Part shown: positions 21,907 through 31,960 of the stretch, piece by piece
Position numbering within the stretch: position 1 is the first letter of the stretch
How the letters are laid out: each line of letters starts with the position of its first letter
Assembly: GCA_010093605.1 (NCBI GenBank)
Contig: MU004193.1
Coordinates: 310,001-341,960 of the forward strand
Reading direction: 5' to 3'
DNA length: 31,960 nucleotides
Origin: Lophium mytilinum
Lineage: Eukaryota
Position numbers and translations under genes: made by a program
Notes under the pieces: generated by a model
The model's database searches: none
What the model was told of the DNA's origin: nothing
Seen by the model: the letters and a program-made list of their open reading frames with translations, nothing else

Positions 21907-24900
21907 ACTTAGTAGATAATTAAGTCTATACTACTAGAACCTTAAACTAGAATATTACTAATAACCTTAATCTAGACTATAACTCTAATAATAAAGATAG
22001 CTTTATAACGCCTAGCGCTAATATATTAAATAAGCGCGCTATTTAATTTATTATAGAAGATAATATATATAAACCTTAAGCCTAAGCTAGTAGTAGTAAG
22101 CTATACGCCGCCTATTACTAAGTATCTATAGTAGACTAATAAGCCTCTATTCTAGTTATATACTATAAAACTAAATAGGTTCTAGATACTAAACCTAAGT
22201 ATATAGATATTCTAGAGAGACTATAAAAAACTAACCTATAGTACTATATATAGCTACTAGTCTAGCTTTTTAACTATTATAGTAATAGTACTATAACTAT
22301 TAATACTATAGTTACTAATAAAATAGAGTTTACTACTATAGTAAATAAGAATAATCTAGTATAGTAGAAATTCTTCTAGAAGCTCTATATAGAGTATAAA
22401 GTAGGCTTTAAAAAAGCTAATAAAAAAGATAAGCTCTATAATAATCTCTAGAATAAATACTAGAAGTATAAATAAAATACCTCTAATAATACTACTATAG
22501 TAGAATAAGAATTAGAGGCTTATTATACTAAGTAGCTCTAGTATATTACTAGTAGCCGCTAGGCTAACTAAAAGCTTAACTAGATACGCCTACGCTATAA
22601 TTACTAGTATAGTAAATATTATATAATTAAGAATATATATAAATAGCTTACTACCTATATTAAAAAGCTTAAATAATAGCTCTACTAGTAGGGGGCTATA
22701 TATCTATAGCCTCTAAACTCTAACTATAATTTAGATAATAATAGTACTTATTCTTCTATACCCGCAGTTCTACTTTATTAACATTCTATTAGCTAGCCTC
22801 TATAGTTTAAACCTATTAAGAGTAAGTCTACTACTCTATTTACGCCTATTTAAGATCTAGGCGTATACGCGGCAATATATTACTATCTTAATCTAGATAA
22901 GTTTAGTAGTAGTAATAAGAATAAGCTATTCTATTAGTAGTAGCGCATGTAGGTACTTAGTAAGCTAGATATCTACGCACTACTATATACTACTACGCAT
23001 TATTATATAGTATATATCTATAATAGACTTAAAAGAGAAGCCTTTAATATAATCTTCTATTAGGCTAAATCTAATAGTAATAAGCTATACCTATCTATAG
23101 AAAAACTAATTAATAATCTAGATAAGGTCTATAGACCTTTTAATAAGGCGGCTAATATATATACTAATTTATATAATAGTAAGTTTATATAGAAGAAAAA
23201 TAAGTATATAATAATTTAGGTAGAACGCTTTAATACTAATATAGCCTCTCTCTACTTTAAAGACCCTAAGAAGATCTATTATATATAATATAATCTTGCT
23301 AATAGCCTTAAGTATAAGGCTGCTAATAGATAAGATAGTAATATAATAACCTTTATTATGTTTCTCTAGACCTTAAAATCCTAGCTTAATATTATTAAAC
23401 TAAATAAAAATATCTATAAAAATAAGAATACCTCTAAGTCTATATATAATAACTATAAAGCTACTAGCGCTAGATTATTCTCTACTACGCCTTACCGCCC
23501 GCCGCTTACTAACGCGGAATATATATCTAAGAATAATACTAGTAATACTACTCTAAGTACTACTATAAATAACTCTCTAGGCCTCTTTAGTTATAACTGC
23601 TATACTATTATACGCCTTAAGTAGCTAGGTTACTACTAGAACTATCTAGAGTATAGATATATAGCTAATAGTAATACTCTATATATTAGCTAATAGCTAG
23701 TTTCTATCTATAAGGTTAGTAGCCTTATAGATAAGATTAATCTTACCGGCGTTAATATTAGCGCTATAAATACTAGCTCTACCTATAATAAGATAATAGG
23801 AAATACTTAATTCTTAGTAATAGTTACTACTAAGGACCTCTAATAGCCTTTAATAATAGAAAATTAAAAGCGGTTATAGATAGGATTACTATTTTAGAAT
23901 AAGAAATTAAACTAGTTATTATATATATATCTACACTTACGCCTTAACTAGTTAATTGTAAATAGTTTAGCTTCTTAGGTAGTATCCTCTAATCTAATTC
24001 TAATTTATTTACTACTAAAATCCTTTCTAATATAGAATTAGGCTCTTAGTTCCTTTATTTAAAGACCGCGCACCTTTATAAGATACCTATCTAACCCCTT
24101 TTATAACCTATTATTCTTAAGCTTACTAATAGTAAGCCCTCTATTATATTAAACTATATAGTAGATATTACCTTCTATATAGATAACTACTATAATACTA
24201 TTACTTACTATATTACTAATACTAGATAATATAATATAATTCTAGGCATGCCCTAGCTTTAACTTTATAACTCTACTATTAGCTTTAGAAAGATATAACT
24301 TATCTTTTAATCTAACTATTATATAACTAACTACCTCTATTATAGTAGGCTAGTTATTATAAAGAGCCTTATCTATTTAAAATATATTAAAATTAAACTA
24401 TACTAGAACCTAGGTAACTTCTATAGCTCTTAATAAAACTCTAACTCTAACTTTAACCTTACCCTAACTATTAAAGGCCCTAATAACGCGGAAGACTTCC
24501 CTTAGCTTAATTATAATAGTAAGCCTCTTCTACCTAAACTAATTCTACTAGATAAGCTACTAGTATATAATATTTAATTTATCTCTATATATACCTATTC
24601 TATTATAGCTAAATATAATAAAGATATAGTAATAACTATTAGTTTATAAGACTTTAAGTAACTAAATTAACTATAGAATATAGATAAGCAATATATATAT
24701 AGATAATAGGTAGTAAACCTAGTAAATATTACTACTAAAAACTACTACTAGTTTAAAGAGAAAATAACTAAATTACTATATACTAAGAACTAGCTATAAT
24801 AGAAGGTTTCTCTCTTCTTCTACTAGATTCTAGACGCATTTAATCTATAAGTAGCTAATAAGCTACCTCTATATAGGCCTAGCGTTAATTATACTATTAA

Positions 24901-25323
24901 TTTTAAAGACTCTAATATAAAACTACTAGTTCTATATTAGTATAGCCTTTCCTATAATAAATTATAGGCCGTTAAAGCCTATATTAATAAAATACTTAGT
25001 AAAAGCTTTATTTATTCTAGTATATTACCCTTTATAGCGCCGGTTATTATTATTTATAAACTAGGCAGAGGACTCTATATCTATATTAATTACTACTTGC
25101 TAAATAAAATTATAGTTAAAAATAGAAACGCTTTTTCTCTTCTATATAATATAATTATATAGCTCTATAAAGCTAAGATATACTCTATCTTTAATATTAT
25201 TATAGCCTTTAATAATATCTATATTAAAGATAGTAATTAACCTAAAATAGTATTCTACACCTAATATAGTATCTTTAAATTTAATATTATACCTTTTAGC
25301 TTATATAATACTTCTAGAATATT

Positions 25324-25333
25324 NNNNNNNNNN
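25324..25333. other. Assembly gap (10 N) in gypsy C RT, at the position of the YxDD segment
   Basis: N run; the RT sequence before and after skips the catalytic motif. Confidence 0.95.
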
Positions 25334-27820
25334 AAAAAAGACTATAAGAAGAACTATATAAATATTCTAACTATACTATATAATACTAGCCTCTATCTTA
25401 ATATTAATAAGTATTACTTTTTAGTTAAGAGAGTTAAATACCTAGGCCTAATTATTATACCTAATAGAATAGAAATAGACTCTACTAAAGTTAGTACTAT
25501 TTAGAACTAGAAGCTACTCTATAATATTAAGAATATATAATTATTCCTTAGTTTCTATAACTTTTACTAATAATTTATTACAGGATACTTATAAATTACT
25601 ACTCTATTAACTAAGCTTACTAAGAAAACTATAAAATAAGGTAATCTTCTCTTACTTACTAATAGTCTAGTAGCGTAAGCCTTTAAAAAGCTTAAAGCCT
25701 TATTTCTATTTGCGCTAGTTCTAGCCTACTTTAATCTAGATCTAGACTATATACTAGAGACTAATACCTTAGACTATATTATAGCTATAATTCTTTCTTA
25801 ATAAGAACTAGATAGAATTCTTTAGCCTATTATCTTTTTTTCTAAAAAGATAACTCTAGCTAAGTATAACTATAAGATCTATAATAAGAAATTACTTACT
25901 ATTATCCGCGCCTTTAAGAAATAGTGCCCTAAGCTTACTAGTATTATTAACTCTATACTAGTATAGATAAACTATAAGAATCTAGAATATTTTATATTAT
26001 CTAAGTAACTAAACCGCTATTAAGCCTAGTAGGCTAAGTATTTCTCTTAATTTAACTTTATCCTAAACTAGTAACTAGGTAAGTAGTTAACTAAGCCTAA
26101 TAGCCTTACTTATAGGCCTAGTAATATTCTAGATAATTTAAATAATTCTAGAACTAAATATTAAATATAAATAGTATTAAAGAAAAGAAACCTACTAGAA
26201 GGAATATATTAAGTCTTATAACTTACTAGTATACTTTTAAATAAGTAGAAAGTCTCTATTAAGAGGCTTGCCTAACTAATATATAATATTATAGAATAAT
26301 ACCCTACTAATATTCTATATATTATTCTAGCTGCTAATAGAACTAAAGAAAAGAAGAAGCACTTAACTAAGGCTATAGCTAACTATAGTAAGTTAGATAA
26401 AGATCTATATAATGCTGCCTTTAATATTACTACGCTATTTACCCCTAAACCCGTACCTATAGATTCTACTACTAAAGAAGAAGTGCTAAAGATATTTAAG
26501 CCTAGTAATAAGTTAGATAAGAACTTACTAGGGAACTATACTAATAATACTACTATTTAGTAGATTAATCGCGTGTATATAAAGAATAATATCCTCTAGT
26601 ATATTATATACGCTAAAGAGATAGATAAATAATAAATTCTACTTAAACTAATTTAGAAATAAGAAATTAAAATTAAGCTTAGTAACTATAAGATCTATAA
26701 AAATAGGCTATTTATTAACGGCCGCCTATATATTCTATATAACGTAAAGCTCTATATATAGTTAATTAAGAAAGCCTATAACTCTTTACTAGAAGACTAT
26801 ACTAGATAGAACTCTCTTTACTATTATCTCTTCTTCTAGTACTACTAGCTAGAAATTATAAACTCTATTACTATATATATTAACGCCTACTATATATATA
26901 GATATATAAAGGTTTATATAGATAGTAAGTATAGCCTACTTAAACTACTACTAATTCTAAATTATTACTAGATAGATATCTCTATTAACTTTATTACTAA
27001 GCTGCCCCCTTATACTATTAAGGGCTAAATATACTAATATATTATAGTAGTTATTAATAGGCTCTCTAAGAAGTATAAGTTTATTCCCCTAGATTCTATA
27101 GAGCTAGAAGACGTTATATAAGCCTTTATTAACTAGATTTAGTATAAAGAAGGCTATCTAGACTATATTATTTCTAACTATAGTATATAATTTACCTTAT
27201 TCTTCTAGAAATACTTATATAAATGCGTAGGGACGCGCCTAAAGCTATCTATAATAGTATATCTAGAGACTAATAAATAAACTAAAATTATTAATGCCGG
27301 CTTAAAATAGTACCTACGCGTATATATATATTACCTATAGAATAATTAGATAAATCTTATTACCTTTACTAAGTTTAAAGCTAATATAGATATTAACTAG
27401 TCTACTAGCGTCTCCCCCTTTAAGGCTACTAAAGAATATATACTAAGAAGTAGCCTTAAACCCTCTTTATAAGAAATTATTATACTAGAACCTAAGAAAT
27501 AAGGCGTAGATACTGCTAAGAAGCTTATTATATAAATCTATAAATTATATAAGTTTCTTAAAGGTAAACTATATTAGAATTAATCTAAAATAAAGAAACT
27601 AGCTAACTAGAACTACTTACTAGCCTCTAAGTTTAAAGTTAATAATATAGTTATACTTAATACTAAGAATATCTATACTATATAACTAAGTAAGTCTCTT
27701 AACTATAAGAATCTTAGTCCCTTCTATATAACGCGTATTATTAATAATATAGTATATAAGCTAGAACTTTCTAAGTCTATAAAAGAAATCTTTCTAGTAT
27801 TCTACCTATAGCTACTACTT

Positions 27821-30800
27821 AGGAGATATAATGTAATTAAATTTACAGCACCTTAGAAATACAACCTAAGAAGTGCCTCTAGAGGCTACTTAAGGCCCTA
27901 TAAATATTTACACGCAGTATTAGAGCTCTATAAGCTGTGCTAGCGGCGTTATAGTAGACTTACGTATTGTAACCCCTATTATGCAGCATTATTAATAATA
28001 ATAATAATAATAATACTACTAATAATACTAATAACAACCCTAAAACTAAACCTACTAACTAAAGACTAAGTAGAATATCTACGCTAACATCTAAATACTT
28101 ATTAAAGAAGCCTATAGTATATAGAACTCCCTATAGAATAAGCCTATATCCTCTAACCCTAAGATAAATAACGCTCTTAAGCACCTCTAGAACTTTACCG
28201 GGCGTATACTAGCTAGCCTCTTAGGTACTGCGGAGGACCTATAATAAACGCTATAGAGGAAGATAATAAAGATAATAGAGGAAATATAGAAGGGCGTATA
28301 GGCGCTATCTATATAAAAAACAACCTACGCAGCAGTAATAGCAGTAGAAAGAAATAGTAAAACTATAGAAAATAGAGAGTATATAATATAGACTACCTAT
28401 AAAATTACTATATATATTAAGGATAAGGAGAAACGCGCCGCAATAAATAAGAACTTAAATGCAACTATTACCTATAAGCTCTAAGTAGTAGGAGAGCCTA
28501 ATATAATAAAGATCTATAGCGTTAGAAAGCTCTAGAGTAGAGATATAAAGGCCTACATGCCGGATGCAACTACTAAGAAAGCCCTATTAAAGAAGAAGAA
28601 ATAGATAAAGGTTCTAGGTAAAATAGCATAAATCTAACTACCTAAGATCCTCCTAGAGATGCATAGAGTACCTAAAAAGATAAACCTAGAGAACCTAATA
28701 CTATAAAGTAGTATTATATAAGATAATAAGGTACTATACCTAGGCCTAGCTATATATAAGATTATATAGAAGCACCTAAATTAGATCTAGGCTATTAGAA
28801 ATAACCCTAAATAGCGCGCCTTATTAGCTATAGTTACTATAGGCATAGAGGCAATAGTAAATAAAATTATAGATAGCGGGCTAGCATAGAATAGATATAT
28901 ACTAGAGGCTATAAAGTATAAGGTAGGCTTTACAGCTACCTAATACTTCTAATACTAGAGCTATAGGCACATTACTAGATACTATAAGAAAAAGGCAGTA
29001 TACGCGGCGTGCGCAGAAGCTTATAATATAAGATAATGCATAGAGGAGAGTATTAGAAAGTGCGCTAACTATAAGAGAAGCTACCTATTATATAGTGCAG
29101 CGTATACTATAAAAAAGAATACTTAACTAAAAGCTAATATAAAGAGGTAGGTAGCACTAACCTACTATAGGGCTAATAATAGCCCTAATAATAATACTAA
29201 TAATACGCCGGGTATAGTAATATTCTAATCTATAATAGAATTACAAGCTCTTAACGTAGTAAGTAGAAAGAGGAAGGCTACTAAGAATAGTAACGCACTA
29301 GACGGTAGCACCCTAAGAAGAGTAGAACGCCCTTCTATATCTACTATATTTACCGCGTATAAGGACCCGAAATAACTAAAGATAAATAGAGTGCTATAGT
29401 CTACCTATGCTATATAGACTACCTAATTAATATATACTTTCTATTTAACGCAGCAGCCTAACTATAATAACCTATAGCCTTACTATAATAGCCCGCAGCC
29501 TTTCTATAGAACCCCGCAGCCTACCTATAAAACGCTATACTACTCTTAGATAATAACCTACAGTAATAACGCCGGACTATTATAATTTAATATAACTTAG
29601 GTACCGTCCACCTAGAAAGAAGAGGTAGTAAGCTATTAGCTCTATACTAAGGCTAGCCGGGCTATAATAAATAACTCTAAAGACTCTATAGATACCTAAT
29701 ATTAGAATAACCTAATATACTTACTATTATATAGTATAATATTAATAAGAGCTAAGAGACCTAAAGGGAGTTCCTTAAAAAGGTAGAGGTAGCCTAGCTC
29801 TAGCTATTAGTGCTAGCTATATAAGAACTATAGAAGAACACCTAGAAATATATCTTACTATATATAAAATTATACTATCTACTATATAGAGAAAGCCTAA
29901 AAGCTAGAATATATATATATATTAATAAGTGTCTAAACCTAGGCTAATAAACTATAGAGTACTACTTACTAGACCTTATTACTCTCTCCCTCTAGGCCGG
30001 GGAAGAGGATATTTAAATTTATAATATCTATAACCTAAAGCTATATAGAATTATAGCCACGCTACCCCCTATACTATATAAGAAGGTAGAGTATATACTT
30101 ATAGGCAATATAAACCTACACTACCTATTCTAGAGAGAAATATAGGTAATTAGTATAGAAGAGTAAGCTAAGAAGCTTATTTACATTATAATAGAAGTAG
30201 GCCTAACTCTAGCTATAAAGGAGGGCATAGAAATATAGGTAAGAGAAATATAGTAGACTATAATTAACCTTATATTTATATCTAAATAGCTAATAAAATA
30301 TATAACATCCTATATAGTTTAAGAGAAGTAAAACTATTACTTAGACTACTACTCTATATATACAGAATTTAATATTATACTACTACTAGTAACTAAATAG
30401 CCCCTACGCCGGCTATAGAAAAATATTATATAGAAGAATATATAGAAGTACCTTATAGCCTAGCTAGTTAAGCTAGAAAACTAGAATAACCCCCTAGATA
30501 ATAAAGAAGAAGAAGACCTAGATAACTTTATACGCATTCTCTACTAACTTATTAAAATTACTATTAACGCTATAGTACTAATAGTATAGCCCTTATAGTA
30601 CGTATTACTATTCTAGACTAAGAAGTACTTAGAAAAGGTGCATAAGACTAGGTAGATATATAGAATATAGCGCTTATTACACTCTATAGAGGACTAGATA
30701 TTATACTAGGTCTAGTATAACTGTAAGAAAAGAGCTATATAGAAAGAGAGTACTAAGGTATAGCGCTATATAGTAGAGAAGGTAATAAATAACTCTAAAG

Positions 30801-31960
30801 GGGCATAGAAACTAGCTAAATAGGGCCGCACAGTTAGAAAGAAATTAAGGCCCCCTTCTTAATTTCCCCCCCTTTTCTAGCTAGGTAACCCCACCCTATA
30901 TATAGATAATAAGATAAAAGCATATATACTTACTAAATAGTTCTTTCTACTACTAGTAGAAGCTAATCTATCTAACCTAGAAGGGTTCTAATACCTAGAA
31001 CTATATACTACCTCTATAGAAGTTACTATAGAAGATATACTCTTAGCACTAATAGAAATTACGCTAGATAAGGCCTCTAGAATTATAGGAATTATAAATA
31101 GATTTCTAAAGAAGTATAAGATATAACTAGTACTAGTACTTACCTGCTTCTTTATAAAGTGCCTATATAGAGGATACTACCTCTACCCATTTAAAGAATT
31201 AATTATAGTAGTTCTACGTAAACTCTAGAAAGCGTTCTATATAATAGTAAAAGCCTACAGGCCTATTATACTGCTAGAAATAATAGGTAAGCTATTTAAG
31301 CGCATTATAGCTAAGAGGCTCTCTAAGATAGTAGAGAAAAAGAGTATACTACTATCTAGCTAAATAGGGGTACGGCCGAAACGCTCTATATAGATAGCAC
31401 TTAAACTCCTTATAGAATAAATCTATACTATATAGAAAGGAAACCTATAGCTTATAGTATTACTTCTTAGCCTAGATATATTAGAAGCGTTTAATTAAGT
31501 CTTATATAAATAAATAATATATAACCTACAGGTCTAGAGTATACTAGAGTAGATAATAAGGTTTACTAGGTCCTTTTTATAAGACTATATAACTAGGCTC
31601 TCTATAGAAAGCTATATAGTAGAACTAATTATAGTTACTATAGGCATTCTATAGGGCTCCTTTCTATTACCTATTCTCTTCCTCTTCTTTACTAGTATAC
31701 TACTACTAACCCTTTAGAATAGTAATATAACAGCCTACGGGTTTATAGATAATATAAATATTCTTATATATAGTAGAACTATAGAGGTAAACTATAGGGC
31801 TATTAAGAGAGCCTATAATAGATATATAGAATAGATAAGAAAGTATAGTATAGTATTTATACTAGATAAATATTACCTAATATACTTTATAAAAGCCTAT
31901 AAAGAAGTTAATCTAAGAGCTATAGTTAATATATAAGGCTTTATAGAGGGCCCTATAATA
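27821..31960 (+). mobile_element. RIP-inactivated Tad1-like LINE: ORF1 (~27980-29700) and ORF2 endonuclease-RT (~29715 to window end)
   Basis: ORF1 triple zinc knuckle 'CFQCQ.YGHIA..C...CAACAEAH....C...CANCK..H......C' (~28945-29105). APE motifs 'IIQYN.NKS', 'LAIQEPW', 'GD.NLHHP.W', 'TIDL.F', 'SDH'. RT motifs 'YRPI.LL...GKLFERI', 'LSLDI..AFD.V', 'GIPQGS.LSPILF', 'GF.DD'. Confidence 0.93.

Larger units (their letters stand above)
21181..27820 (+). mobile_element. Gypsy C: RIP-inactivated Ty3/gypsy, probable 5' LTR (~21181-21378), gag, pol; cut at the integrase C-terminus
   Basis: RT 'LRICIDYRLLN...FDIITAFNNIRI...MPFGLCNAP' (~25070-25320), RNase H 'LETDASDY' (~25753) and 'NYEIYDKELLAIIRAF' (~25868), integrase 'DISIDFITKLP...HPETD.QTE..NAGL.QYLRVY' and 'GPF...FPVFHPWLL' ending ~27820. 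LTR limits are approximate. Confidence 0.9.

Noticed and set aside
27993..28037. (AAT)n microsatellite
   Set aside because: Likely a RIP-converted low-complexity codon run near the start of LINE ORF1, not an independent feature.

Overview
Fungal (filamentous ascomycete-type) genomic DNA. Most of the window is a nest of retroelements wrecked by repeat-induced point mutation (RIP): very AT-rich, TpA in excess, CpA/TpG nearly absent. From left to right: a Ty1/copia element on the minus strand (1-6936) with its 5' LTR, PBS, a gag-pol relic and an unexpected extra ORF relic downstream of pol; a 3.8-kb RIP-free island (about 6937-10740); a Ty3/gypsy chromovirus (A) whose integrase is split by a complete 8,049-bp gypsy (B) and cut by a third gypsy (C); and a Tad1-like LINE inserted into C. 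The island holds three intronless, divergent paralogs of one ~260-300 aa family that I do not recognise. Two are intact and head-to-head across 272 bp (8334-9218 minus, 9491-10264 plus). The third is a tandem copy (7248-8143 minus) interrupted by one in-frame TAG and one 1-nt frameshift. This cassette is the best candidate for an undescribed system, such as a poison/antidote driver or an allorecognition locus. That function is inference from architecture only. TE translations below were read by eye with RIP changes reverted, and TE boundaries without a TSD are approximate.
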